A stretch of 64,000 nt of DNA, taken from assembly GCA_963727485.1 (NCBI GenBank), contig CAVSGM010000011.1:704001-768000 (forward strand). The letters run 5' to 3'. Source of the stretch: an uncultured delta proteobacterium. GTDB lineage: Bacteria; Myxococcota; Myxococcia; SLRQ01. A model generated the notes under the pieces. That model searched no databases. It saw only the letters and a program-made list of their open reading frames with translations, and was not told where the DNA came from. Both the position numbers and the translations under genes were made by a program. This document shows positions 20,088 to 29,968 of this stretch, piece by piece (positions within the stretch are counted from its first letter, which is position 1; the number at the start of each line of letters is the position of its first letter).

Positions 20088-20688
20088 CGAAGCCTCCCTG
20101 GCGGAGCGCCGCCATCAGCTTGAGGCGCGCGCGGTGGAGCCGGGTCTTCATGGCGGCCAGCGTGAGGCCCAAAGCCTCGGCGGCCTCGGGACCGGTGAGC
20201 CCCTCGAGGTCCCGGAGCACCAGGATCTCCCGGTCGGCCTCGGGGAGGGTGCCCAGGGCGGCCTCCAGCGCCCGGCGTCGCTCCGCCTCGGCGGCGCCGG
20301 TCTCGGGGGTGGGGCCCGGGGCCGCCGGCTCGGCGCCGTAGCCCGCGGCGAGGCCCAGGTCTTCCAGGGGCAGAGGGTCCGTGGGCTCGCCGGCCCGCAG
20401 GCGCCGGTGCCGGCCCGCGGCGTGGTGGGCGATGGTGAGCAGCCACCCGCGCACCGAGCCCGTCCCCTGGAAGCCCCCGGCGTGACGCCACGCCGAGAGG
20501 AAGGTCTCCTGGGTGACGTCGTCCGCCGCGGCGGTACTCCTCGTGAGGGTGCGGGCCAGGCGGTTCACCGCCCCGTGGTGCCGGGCGACCAGGGCGTCGA
20601 AGGCGTCCCGGTCTCCCGCCGCCGTGCGCGCGAGGAGCGTCAGGTCCGCGCGTGGCTCGGCTCCGAGGTCTTCGTCTTGGTCTTGCAC
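20077..20688 (-). CDS. ECF RNA polymerase sigma factor
   Basis: GDRDAFDALV, DDVTQETF, WLLTIA, region-4 KTRLHRAR; start uncertain because it overlaps the upstream gene. Confidence 0.88.
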   Translation of the reverse strand: MQDQDEDLGAEPRADLTLLARTAAGDRDAFDALVARHHGAVNRLARTLTRSTAAADDVTQETFLSAWRHAGGFQGTGSVRGWLLTIAHHAAGRHRRLRAGEPTDPLPLEDLGLAAGYGAEPAAPGPTPETGAAEAERRRALEAALGTLPEADREILVLRDLEGLTGPEAAEALGLTLAAMKTRLHRARLKLMAALRQGGFDEG

Positions 20689-20876
20689 GTGGAGACGCCG
20701 AAGAGCGTGTAGAGGGGGCAGCTGCCGAGGAGGCCGGTGGCCAGGGGCACGATACCAAGGAGGCCCCAGAGGGTCTTGGGGCCGATGAAGACCAGGCTCA
20801 AGACGACGATGCCCAGGATCACACGGATGACGCGATCGAGGGTGGCTTCGTTGTTGGGGAGGATCTTGGAGAGCAT
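20640..20876 (-). CDS. DUF2892 (YgaP-like) small membrane protein
   Basis: NEATLDRVIRVILG...LATGLLGSCPLYTLFGVSTC. Confidence 0.85.
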   Translation of the reverse strand: MLSKILPNNEATLDRVIRVILGIVVLSLVFIGPKTLWGLLGIVPLATGLLGSCPLYTLFGVSTCKTKTKTSEPSHART

Positions 20877-20966
20877 GGGGTGACTCCTGTCGGGTGAAGG
20901 CCGGCGGCCGGGTGGGGCGCCGGGTGTGTGTTCACCGGGGAGGAGTCACGGGCCGGGGAAAAGGAT

Positions 20967-21588
20967 TCAGGCCTCGCCGCGCCGGGCGACCAGCACCGCG
21001 TCGTGGATGGTCACCTCGTTGCCGTCGGGGTCCTTGGCCTGCCGGGGGCGGGCGTCCTGGGCGACGAGGGTCCAGTCGCCCTCGAGGTCCGCCGCCACGT
21101 CCTCGGCGGTGAAGAGGCGGTCGGGGTCGCTCGGGCGCCGGACGCCGGTGTCGAGATCCGAGGGGTGGTGGCCGACGATGAGGAGCACCCCGCCGGGCTT
21201 CACCGCGGAGGCGAGGCGGCGGTACATGGGCCGGCGCTCCGCCGAGGCGAAGTGGAGGAAGTGGATGGAGACCAGAATCGAAGGCCGCGGCCGGGGGCGT
21301 CCAGGTGGTCGCGTCGGCGTGCTGCCAGGTGATGCGATCGGCGATCTCGGCGCCCCGCTCGGCGGCGTGGGCGGCGGCGCGCTCCAGGGCGACCGGGGAG
21401 AGGTCCACGCCCGTCACCCGCCAGCCCTGCTCGGCGAGCCAGACGCAGTCGGCGCCCTCGCCGGCGCCGATGTCCAGGGCGGTGCCCGGGGTGAGCCCGG
21501 TGGCCTCGGTGACGAGGTGGGGGTTCGGGTTGCCGCTCCAGATGCGGGTGGAGGATCGGTAGCGTTCGTCCCAGAAGGCTTGGTCCAT
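20967..21588 (-). CDS. Class I SAM-dependent methyltransferase; frameshift at ~21277
   Basis: FWDERY...WSGNPN, ALDIGAGEGAD, VKPGGVLLIVGH. Confidence 0.85.
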
Positions 21589-21614
21589 GGCGGGGGACGA
21601 TAGCACCAGGCGCG

Positions 21615-23642
21615 CTACGGGGATCCGGGGGTGAGGCGGAGGGCGCCGCCGGTGACGACCTCGGCGCGCCAGCCGGCGGGGAGCCAGGTGGTGGACGAGT
21701 ACTCGGTGATGACGGCTGGGCCGGCCACCCGTGCGCCGGCTGAGAGGGTCTCGCGGTCGATGAGGCGTGCGGCGGTGGCCGGCGGGTCTTCCGGAGAAGG
21801 GTCGCGCGGGCCCGAGTGGTCCGGCTGCCCGTCTCCTGCGTTGGCTCCGGCGACCGGCGTCGGGGGGGCCGGCGCCGGCCCGCGGACGCGCACGCGCGCG
21901 GCGACCCACTCGACGTCCCAATCGAGCCTCATGCCAAACGCGTCGCCGTGGGCCTGGTGGAAGGCCGCCACGGTACCGTGCAGCGCTTCGCTCACCGGCA
22001 CCGTCAGCTCGTACGACTGCCCGGCGTACCTCAGGTCCGCCAGCCGGGTGATCTCCAGGCCGTCGCGCGAGTGCCCCTCGGCCGCGAGCGCATCGACGAG
22101 GTCGCTCGTGAGCTGCTCATAGACCACTCGGACCCGCTCGGGATCCGCCAGCGTGCCCTCCGCGCTTGCGCGCACCAGCACACTCCGCGCCATCTCCCGT
22201 CCGGGCCGCGCCGCCAGCATCCCATACGCCGACAAGAGCCCCGGGTGCCTGGGCACCAGCACCCTCGGGATCCCCAGCGCCGCCGCCAGCCCGCACGCGT
22301 GCAGCCCCCCGGCGCCGCCAAACGTCACCAGCGCGAGGCGCCTGGGATCGTGCCCCCGCTCCAGGCTGATGCGCCGGATGGCCCGCGCCATCACCGCCTC
22401 GGCGACCCGGATGATCCCCTCGGCGCACGCCTCGACCGTGAGCCCCAGCGCCCCGGCGAGCGGCCCCACCGCCTCTCGCGCGGCGCCGGCGTCCAGCGAC
22501 ATCCCCCCACCGAGGAACCGGCTCGGCGGCAGCCTTCCGAGCACCACGTGGGCGTCGGTGACCGTGGGCTCCGTGCCCCCACGCCCGTAGCACGCGGGCC
22601 CGGGATCCGCCCCGGCGCTCTCGGGCCCGACCCGCAGCGCACCCCCGGCGTCCCGGCGCGCGACGCTCCCGCCCCCGGCGCCGACGGTGTGGACGTCCAG
22701 CAGCGGCACCCGGATGGGCACCCCGCCCACCTCGGCCCCGGTGGTCACCGCCGGCTCGCCTTCGACGAAGCACACGTCCGTGGAGGTCCCGCCCATGTCG
22801 AAGGTCACCAGGGCGTCCTCGCCGGCCAGCGCCGCCAGGTGCCCGGCGCCGACCACGCCGCCGGCGGGCCCGGAGAGGATGGTGTGCACCGCGTCGCCTG
22901 CGGCGCGCCCGGCGGAGAGCACCCCGCCGTCGGACTGCATCACCGAGAGGCGCGTCCCCCCGGGGCGGGCGCCCAGCGCCTCGGCGAGGCGCGTGAGGTA
23001 CCCGGCCATCTTCGGGGCCACGTAGGCGTTCACCGCGCAGGTGCTGGTGCGCTCGTACTCCCGGTACTCGGGGAGGAGCCGGTGGCTCACGGTCACCGGC
23101 ACGCCGAGCGCCGCCTCCAGGGCCTCGGCGAGGCGCGCCTCCTGGGTCCCGTCCCGGTAGCTGTGCAGCAGGACCACCGCCACCGACTCCGGGTGCCGGG
23201 CGTGCACCGCCCGCACCGCCCGGCCCACCTCGGCGTCGGTCAGCGGCAGGGGCTCGGTGCCGTCGGCGGCGAGGCGGCAGTGGACTCCCAGGCGCCGGTC
23301 GGTGGGGATCACCGGGGTGGGGCGCTCGACCCGCAGCGCGTGGAGCGCCGGCCGGTCCTGGCGCCCGAGCTCGAGGACGTCCTCGAAGCCGGCGTTGGTG
23401 AGGAGCACCGCCCTCGCCCCCCGGCGCTCGAGCAGCGCGTTGGTGGCCACCGTGGAGCCGTGGATCACCTCCGCCACCGGCGCGCCCGCGCGGCCCGCCG
23501 AACCGAGCACCGCCTCGAGGCCCTCGAGGACCGCCCGGGCCGGGTCGTCGGGGGTCGAGAGCAGCTTGTGGGTGAACAGGTGGTCCCCATCCACGAGGAT
23601 CACGTCGGTGAAGGTCCCGCCGGTGTCGACGCCGATGCGCAT
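21615..23642 (-). CDS. Hydantoinase A / 5-oxoprolinase ATP-binding subunit
   Basis: IGVDTGGTFTD, HGSTVATNALLE, SGPAGG, DMGGTSTD, GPESAGADPGPACYG. Confidence 0.94.
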   Translation of the reverse strand: MRIGVDTGGTFTDVILVDGDHLFTHKLLSTPDDPARAVLEGLEAVLGSAGRAGAPVAEVIHGSTVATNALLERRGARAVLLTNAGFEDVLELGRQDRPALHALRVERPTPVIPTDRRLGVHCRLAADGTEPLPLTDAEVGRAVRAVHARHPESVAVVLLHSYRDGTQEARLAEALEAALGVPVTVSHRLLPEYREYERTSTCAVNAYVAPKMAGYLTRLAEALGARPGGTRLSVMQSDGGVLSAGRAAGDAVHTILSGPAGGVVGAGHLAALAGEDALVTFDMGGTSTDVCFVEGEPAVTTGAEVGGVPIRVPLLDVHTVGAGGGSVARRDAGGALRVGPESAGADPGPACYGRGGTEPTVTDAHVVLGRLPPSRFLGGGMSLDAGAAREAVGPLAGALGLTVEACAEGIIRVAEAVMARAIRRISLERGHDPRRLALVTFGGAGGLHACGLAAALGIPRVLVPRHPGLLSAYGMLAARPGREMARSVLVRASAEGTLADPERVRVVYEQLTSDLVDALAAEGHSRDGLEITRLADLRYAGQSYELTVPVSEALHGTVAAFHQAHGDAFGMRLDWDVEWVAARVRVRGPAPAPPTPVAGANAGDGQPDHSGPRDPSPEDPPATAARLIDRETLSAGARVAGPAVITEYSSTTWLPAGWRAEVVTGGALRLTPGSP

Positions 23643-23694
23643 GGCGCCGGGATGATACACGCTGGCCCCGGGCCTTCTGCTAGGATCCCCGGCG

Positions 23695-24135
23695 ATGCGA
23701 CCCGCGCGCCTCGCCGCCCTCGTGGCCCTCTGCCTCGCCGCCGGCTGTGCCCACGGTCGGGACTTCTACTTCGACCACCTCTCGGACCACGCCCGGGCCC
23801 AGTACGCGAAGTACCAGCAGTTCTTCACCGAGCACCAGAAGACCCACTACCTGCGCCTGAAGACCGACGACGCCCGGGACCGGTTCGTCGACGGCCTCCA
23901 CATCCCCGAGCGCCTGGCGAGGTACCCCAAGTTCGTCCGGGACGCCATCTGGGACCAGCGGGTGGTGGTGGGCATGGACGAGACCGCGGTGATCCTCGCC
24001 GTCGGCCCCCCGGACCGGGTGGACCACGGCGCCGACCCCGCGAGCCCCACGGTGGACCGGCAGGTGTGGACCTGGGACCGGCGCCACCTCACCGCGCACT
24101 TCGTCGACCACAAGGTCTCCGAGGTGGACCCGTGA
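23695..24135 (+). CDS. Hypothetical lipoprotein (C-terminus BamE/SmpA-like)
   Basis: Lipobox LAAGC; VGMDETAVILAVGPPD...WTW pattern. Confidence 0.6.
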   Translation: MRPARLAALVALCLAAGCAHGRDFYFDHLSDHARAQYAKYQQFFTEHQKTHYLRLKTDDARDRFVDGLHIPERLARYPKFVRDAIWDQRVVVGMDETAVILAVGPPDRVDHGADPASPTVDRQVWTWDRRHLTAHFVDHKVSEVDP

Positions 24136-25010
24136 CCGGCGCCCTGGCCACCGTCTCCTTCGTGGCCGAGCTGGCCCCGGTCGCCCCCGACACCCTCGAG
24201 GGCGCCTACCTCCACCTGGGCGCCGTGGACCAGGCCCGGGCCGCCTTCGCCGCCCGCCTCGCCGACGAGCACCGGCGCCTCGAGGACCGCCGGGCCTACG
24301 TCCTCGGGAGCCTCTCCGCCGCCCGGCGCTTCCTCGACGACGACGCCCCCGAGGGGGGCGAGGGCCTGGTGGCCGTGGAGGACGAGACCCGGGGTCAGCT
24401 CGAGGCCGCCGCCCGGGAGGTCGAGGCCTGGGCCGAGGCCGAGGGCGCCGCCCTCGACGCCGCCTGGGACGCCGCCGTCTCCGCCGTGGAGGACCGGTGC
24501 GCCGCCTACCTCTCGCACCACGTCCCCGAGGTCCGGGTCACCGTCCACCGCCTCGCCGGGGGCCGGCGCATCGTCCACCTCGCCCGCCCCACCCGCGACG
24601 ACGCGGTCCTCCTCTGCGCGCTCCTCGCCGGGCGCCCGCCCCTGCGTCACGCCTTCCTCGAGGACGACGCGGTGGACGCCGTCGACGGTCCGGTGCACCT
24701 CGCCGTGCGCACCGGCGACGTCGATCCCGAGGCCGTCACCAACCGGGGCGCCGAGGCCGAGGACGCCCTCGCCGGCGCCAGCGCCCCGCGCCTCTTGCCC
24801 ATCCGCGCCCACCTCCCGGTGCACCTGCCCAAGGTCGAGTGGCCCCACCTGCGCCTCATGGCCCGGGGCCCGGTCCTCGAGCTCGAGGCCCGCGCCGAGG
24901 GGGCGCCCTATGAACACGTGGTCTCCGAGGCCGACGCCGAGCTGTTCACCGGCTACCTGGTGAGCCTCCGGGTCCGCGGCCGCCTCGCCGTCGAGGTGGA
25001 GATCGAGTAG
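24132..25010 (+). CDS. Hypothetical protein
   Basis: GTG start overlapping the upstream TGA; host-like codon usage; no motif recognised. Confidence 0.6.
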   Translation: MTGALATVSFVAELAPVAPDTLEGAYLHLGAVDQARAAFAARLADEHRRLEDRRAYVLGSLSAARRFLDDDAPEGGEGLVAVEDETRGQLEAAAREVEAWAEAEGAALDAAWDAAVSAVEDRCAAYLSHHVPEVRVTVHRLAGGRRIVHLARPTRDDAVLLCALLAGRPPLRHAFLEDDAVDAVDGPVHLAVRTGDVDPEAVTNRGAEAEDALAGASAPRLLPIRAHLPVHLPKVEWPHLRLMARGPVLELEARAEGAPYEHVVSEADAELFTGYLVSLRVRGRLAVEVEIE

Positions 25011-25049
25011 CCCCCGGGGCCCCCGAGGCCCTGGGCCCAAGGAGTCGCC

Positions 25050-25841
25050 ATGCGCCGCCTCGTCCTCGTCCCCCTCGCCGCCCTGGTGGCTGCCGCCTGC
25101 GGCCCCCTCGGCACCACCGGCGCCGGGACCCAGAAGCTCTCGGTGGGCACGGTGCTCGCCACCCCGCGCCTCGAGGACCCAGCCGGCAACCCCATCCAGG
25201 ATCCGGTGGTGAACGCCGACGTGTTCTACGGCGAGCGCGAGATTGGCGTCCTCCCCTCGACGCCCCCCACCGGCATCCCCGGCGCCAAGGTCACCGAGCA
25301 CCTCTTCGACGACGTCGCCGGCACCGTGAAGCAGGTCCCCTTGAACGACCAGCAGACCGGCCACTACACCGCCGACTCGACCGCCTCCCCGGACCTCGGC
25401 CCCTACGACGCCCAGGCCGAGTACCGCACCGAGATCGAGGACGACCAGCCGACCCCCTACGTCCTCGACGCCACCACCGTCCCCACCCCCGAGACCCCCC
25501 AGGGGGTGCCGGCGACCCAGCCGAGCGGCGTCGACCTCGACGTCCAGCGTACCGGCACCGACATCGCCTTCATCACCGTGTTCAACCTCGACGGCGGCAC
25601 CGCCACCGAGACCTGGACCAACCTCCCGGTCACCGAGGTCGACGCCCTGGGCACCATCGCCGACCCCAGCCCCTACCAGGCGGCGAGCTTCACCATCCCC
25701 GGGGGCCAGGCCTTCCCCACCGCCGGCACCTACGCGGTGGTCCTCTACTCCGTCGCCCGGCAGGTCCCCGACACCAGCCTCGGCGGCGGCTCGGGGATCT
25801 GGGTCGGCGGCGGCGCCGCGGTCGCCCTGACGGTCCAGTAG
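25050..25841 (+). CDS. Hypothetical lipoprotein (beta-rich)
   Basis: RBS AAGGAG, lipobox VAAAC. Confidence 0.7.
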   Translation: MRRLVLVPLAALVAAACGPLGTTGAGTQKLSVGTVLATPRLEDPAGNPIQDPVVNADVFYGEREIGVLPSTPPTGIPGAKVTEHLFDDVAGTVKQVPLNDQQTGHYTADSTASPDLGPYDAQAEYRTEIEDDQPTPYVLDATTVPTPETPQGVPATQPSGVDLDVQRTGTDIAFITVFNLDGGTATETWTNLPVTEVDALGTIADPSPYQAASFTIPGGQAFPTAGTYAVVLYSVARQVPDTSLGGGSGIWVGGGAAVALTVQ

Positions 25842-25850
25842 GAAGGCGCC

Positions 25851-28406
25851 TTGGCCCTGCGGATCCAGGCGAAGCGGCGGCTCATCGCCCTCTCGGCGGG
25901 CCTGGTCTCGGGCCTGGTCTGCGCCGGCCTCGCCTTCGCCCACTGGCGGCCGCTGGAGCGCCTCGACCTCCTGGCCTACGACGAGCTGGCCCAGTTCGCC
26001 GAGGACCCGGGGCAGGCCGACAAGCAGGTCCTGCTGGTGCAGATCGACGACGAGAGCCTCGCCTGGGCCTCCCGGGAGCTGTCCGCGAGCTGGCCCTGGC
26101 CCCGGGAGTTCTACGGGGTGATGGCGCGGAGCCTGCGCCAGTGGGGCGCCAAGGTGGTGGGCTTCGACCTGGTCTTCGCCCAGAGCCAGGGCGACGGGTG
26201 GTCCGACCTCGAGTACTTCCGCGACGACCTGAAGCAGGCCGGCCACGTGGTCCTCGCCGCCTCGCTCTCCCGGGGGACGCCCACGCCGCCGCCGAAGGTC
26301 GACCACGGGGTGCGCCTCGGCCACTTCGCCACCGCCGCCGAGGCCCGGGACAAGGCGGTGGTCCTGGTGAGCTTCGGCCACCGGGCCTACGTGGCGCCTT
26401 CGGCGGGCGGGGGCTTCGACGTCTGGGCCGGGGGCTACGACACGGCGGACGGCGCCGCCGGGGCCATCGCCCGCATCGGCGCCGCCCTCCAGCCGGTGGC
26501 CCCGAAGCTGGTCCCCGACGCCAGCGCCGCTCTCGACCGCCCGGCCTTCGTCAAGGCCCTCACCGCCCGCCTCGTGCCCCGGGCGGGGACGGTCCCCGCC
26601 GGCGCCCGGCCGGTGACCGGCGCCGCGCTCCTGAAGGACCGCTTCGCCCTGGGCGCCTACTCGGCGGCGGACCTCGCCCGGCAGCGCCTCCCGGTCGCCG
26701 ACGTGGGCACCCTCCCGGCGGCCCTCTTCCTCGGCGCCGCCGGGGGCGTGGGGATCGTCGACGAGACCCCCGACCCCGACGGAGTCCTCCGGCGCTTCCG
26801 CCCCTTCACCGACTTCCAGGGCGCCCTCTACCCCTCGCTGCCCCTGGCCATGGCGCTGGCCGGCGACCCCGGGCACCCGAGGGCCCAGGTGGTCCCCGGC
26901 CTCGCCTCGGTGGGCCGCTTCCACCTGCCCGTCGACGCCGGGGGGGCGGTGGGCATCCGCTTCCACGGCGTCCACCCCTACGGCGGCGGGATGGGCGGCG
27001 GGATCCCCGCCTGGCGCATCCTCCACGACGCCGCCCTGGCCCAGGAGGGCAAGGCCGGCACCCTGGACCACCGCCTGTTCAAGGGCCGGTACGTCCTGGT
27101 GGGTCCCAAGGCCGCGGGCCTCCTCGACCACAAGCCCTCCCCGGTGAGCGGCGACCACCTCGGGGACGACATCAACGCCGCCGCCCTCGACGGCATCCTC
27201 ACCGGCCGCTACGTCCGCCGGATCCCCGACTGGCTGGCGGCGATCCTCTCGCTCCTGGTGGCGCTGGCCTCGGTGATCGCCGCCATGGCCGCCTCCACCC
27301 GCTTCACCCCCACCACCCGGGGCACCTTCGGCGAGGTCCTGCGCCTCTTCGCCCGGGCGCTCCTCACCGCCGGCGCCGCCATCCTGGGCTTCGCGCCGGT
27401 GCTGGGCCTCGCCTGGCTCCTCTACGCCCACGCCGGGTGGTGGACCGGCCTGGCGCTCCCGGGGGTCGCGGCGTTCGGCGGGGTGTCGCTCAACTACGTG
27501 GTCTCCGAGTTCCTCGAGCGCCGGGACCGCCGGGCGATCCACGAGGCCCTGGGCATCTACACCAGCACCCTGGTCGCCGACCTGGTGGCCTCGGGCGGGG
27601 TCCACGCCCTGGACCCCAGGCGCGACGAGGTCACGGTGTTCTTCTCGGACATCCAGGGGTTCACCAGCTTCTCGGAGAAGATGGACCCGGAGCGCCTCGC
27701 CACCCTCCTCGGCTACTACCTCACCGAGATGACCGACGAGGTCCTGGCCCACGAGGGGATTGTCGACAAGTACATCGGCGACGCGGTGATGGCCTTCTGG
27801 GGCTGGCGCGAGACCCAGCCCGACCATGCCCTGCGGGCGGTGCGCTGCGCCCTGGAGATGCAGGCGCGCCTGGCGCGCATCGGCCCGGCGATCCTCCGCG
27901 ACTACGACGTGCAGCTGGTCACCCGCATGGGCATCAACTCCGGCGCCGCGGTGGTGGGGAACCTGGGCTCGGAGCAGAAGATGAACGTCACCCTCATGGG
28001 CGACACGGTGAACCTCGCCAGCCGCCTCGAGGGGGCCAACAAGGCCTACGACACCCGGGTGATGATCGGCGAGGAGACCTGGCGGCGCCTGGACGGGGCC
28101 TTCGCCGTCCGCGAGCTCGACCTGCTGCGGGTCAAGGGCAAGGCGAAGCCGGTGCGGGTCTTCGAGCCGGTGTGCGAGCGCGGGGCCCTCGGGGACGACG
28201 ACCGGGCCTTCCTCGAGGCCTGGGAGGCGGCGCTGGCACGGTACCGGGACGCGGACTTCGCCTCGGCCCGGGCGGCCTTCGAGGCCCTCCGGGACCTGCG
28301 CCCGGACGACGGGCCCCTGAAGGTCTACCTCGAGCGCTGCGAGGCCTTCCTCGCCGCGCCCCCGCCCCCGGACTGGGACGGGGTCTTCGTCATGACCCAC
28401 AAGTGA
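25851..28406 (+). CDS. CHASE2-domain class III adenylate cyclase with SPOR-like insertion
   Basis: CHASE2 motifs IDDESL, WPWPR, GFDLVF, DPDGVLRR; 3 TMs; cyclase FSDIQGFT, DKYIGDAVMA, GDTVNLASRLEG, VKGK; C-terminal TPR-like WDGV tail. Confidence 0.92.
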   Translation: MALRIQAKRRLIALSAGLVSGLVCAGLAFAHWRPLERLDLLAYDELAQFAEDPGQADKQVLLVQIDDESLAWASRELSASWPWPREFYGVMARSLRQWGAKVVGFDLVFAQSQGDGWSDLEYFRDDLKQAGHVVLAASLSRGTPTPPPKVDHGVRLGHFATAAEARDKAVVLVSFGHRAYVAPSAGGGFDVWAGGYDTADGAAGAIARIGAALQPVAPKLVPDASAALDRPAFVKALTARLVPRAGTVPAGARPVTGAALLKDRFALGAYSAADLARQRLPVADVGTLPAALFLGAAGGVGIVDETPDPDGVLRRFRPFTDFQGALYPSLPLAMALAGDPGHPRAQVVPGLASVGRFHLPVDAGGAVGIRFHGVHPYGGGMGGGIPAWRILHDAALAQEGKAGTLDHRLFKGRYVLVGPKAAGLLDHKPSPVSGDHLGDDINAAALDGILTGRYVRRIPDWLAAILSLLVALASVIAAMAASTRFTPTTRGTFGEVLRLFARALLTAGAAILGFAPVLGLAWLLYAHAGWWTGLALPGVAAFGGVSLNYVVSEFLERRDRRAIHEALGIYTSTLVADLVASGGVHALDPRRDEVTVFFSDIQGFTSFSEKMDPERLATLLGYYLTEMTDEVLAHEGIVDKYIGDAVMAFWGWRETQPDHALRAVRCALEMQARLARIGPAILRDYDVQLVTRMGINSGAAVVGNLGSEQKMNVTLMGDTVNLASRLEGANKAYDTRVMIGEETWRRLDGAFAVRELDLLRVKGKAKPVRVFEPVCERGALGDDDRAFLEAWEAALARYRDADFASARAAFEALRDLRPDDGPLKVYLERCEAFLAAPPPPDWDGVFVMTHK

Positions 28407-28420
28407 TCTAGGATGCCGAC

Positions 28421-28939
28421 ATGACTCGTGGCATTGCCCTGGGGACGATCCTCACCGCCGCGCTCGTGGGGTGGGGGCCTGCCGGCGTCGCCCGCGCCGA
28501 CGGGGGGAAGACCGAGGCGCCCAAGACCGCCAAGGTCGCCGAGGTCCGGGCGTTCATGATGAACGCGCCCCGGCGCTTCGCCCGGACGGTGGCGGTGGTC
28601 CACGCCGGCGACGAGGTCCAGCTCGTCACCCAGGTCAAGGGCGCCGACTGGTTCCAGGTGCGCTTCAAGGGCAAGCGCGGCTACCTCCCGCTCCAGGCCC
28701 TGGCGTCGGGGGCCTACGGCCTCCGGGCGGGCTCGGGTCGCGGCGCCGCCAAGACCACGGGGAGCTCGGTGCAGCTCGCCGCCCGGGCCTTCGGGCCCGA
28801 GGTCGAGACGAAGTACCAGGGCGAGCACCCGCAGGTCGACTACCAGCTCGTGGATGCGGTGGAGGCGGCGGTCCCCACGCCCCACCAGGTCCAGCGCTTC
28901 GCCGCCGCCGGCGGGGTGAAGCTCGGGGACGGCAAGTGA
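28421..28939 (+). CDS. Exported SH3-like domain protein
   Basis: Signal peptide; VHAGDEVQLV...WFQVRFKGKRGYL resembles SH3b. Confidence 0.65.
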   Translation: MTRGIALGTILTAALVGWGPAGVARADGGKTEAPKTAKVAEVRAFMMNAPRRFARTVAVVHAGDEVQLVTQVKGADWFQVRFKGKRGYLPLQALASGAYGLRAGSGRGAAKTTGSSVQLAARAFGPEVETKYQGEHPQVDYQLVDAVEAAVPTPHQVQRFAAAGGVKLGDGK

Positions 28940-29958
28940 AGCGCCTGGTGGTCCTCGCCGCGGCCCTCGCCGCGCTCCCGGGGTGCAAGATTGTCAGCGC
29001 CGCGGCCACCGGCATGGCCAACGGGGTCAACCAGATCGTCGCCAAGCCCTGCGAGAACGGCGTCGGCGGCAGTCTCCAGGGCTCCTGCGCGGGGATGAAG
29101 CAGGCGGCGGAGAACGATCCCGCCCAGGCCTGCACCCTCTTCACCCCCCTCGAGGGCTACTACATCGGCCGGAGCGCCACGGCCACGGTGCTCGCCACCA
29201 AGTTCGACAACCACGTGATCTGGCTCGACGGCCAGGGCGCGAAGGCCCGGCCCACGGTGGCGCTGCGCTACCTCGACGACCTCGCCTCGGTGATCATCGC
29301 CGCCGCCGAGCGCACCCGGAAGAAGGGCGCCGCCGAGCGCGACCCGGGGACCTTCCGGGTGGCGGTGGTCGACTCGGACGCCCCCAACGCCTGGTCCACC
29401 CCCGGCGGGTTCACGGTGATCACCACCGCGATGCTGCGCCTGGCCCACTCCGAGGACGAGGTGGCGGCGATCCTGGCCCACGAGATGGGCCACGTGGTCC
29501 TCTGCCACGGACTCAAGGCCATCGTCGCCGACCGCCGGCGCGCCGGCTACCGCCAGGCGGTGGAGAGCGCCGCCGAGGCCAGCGACCTCTCGTTCTTCGC
29601 CCACGCCCTCGGCGACTTCACCGACAGCGTGGTCACCGCCATGGACCGCGGCTACGAGCCCGACTGGGAGCTCGACGCCGACGCCCGGGCGGTGCGCATC
29701 CTCGAGGCGGCGGGCTACGATCCGAACGCCCTGAAGACCGTCATCGCCCGGCTCCAGACCTGGCACACGGCCCACAAGTCCGAGAAGAGCATGGCCGACA
29801 CCCACCCGCCGGCGACCGAGCGCGAGAAGGCCATCGGCAACCCCCCGTCGCCCCAGGTGTCGAAGCGCGCCGAGGCGGTGCGGGCGAGGCGCTTCCACCG
29901 GGACCTCCAGGTGCCGCTGGCGAAGCTGGCGGGTGACAAGGCGACCGCGCGCCGGTAG
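28936..29958 (+). CDS. M48 family zinc metallopeptidase lipoprotein
   Basis: Lipobox LPGC, PNAWSTPGG, LAHEMGH, ELDAD, THP. Confidence 0.88.
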   Translation: MKRLVVLAAALAALPGCKIVSAAATGMANGVNQIVAKPCENGVGGSLQGSCAGMKQAAENDPAQACTLFTPLEGYYIGRSATATVLATKFDNHVIWLDGQGAKARPTVALRYLDDLASVIIAAAERTRKKGAAERDPGTFRVAVVDSDAPNAWSTPGGFTVITTAMLRLAHSEDEVAAILAHEMGHVVLCHGLKAIVADRRRAGYRQAVESAAEASDLSFFAHALGDFTDSVVTAMDRGYEPDWELDADARAVRILEAAGYDPNALKTVIARLQTWHTAHKSEKSMADTHPPATEREKAIGNPPSPQVSKRAEAVRARRFHRDLQVPLAKLAGDKATARR

Positions 29959-29968
29959 GAAGACGGCG

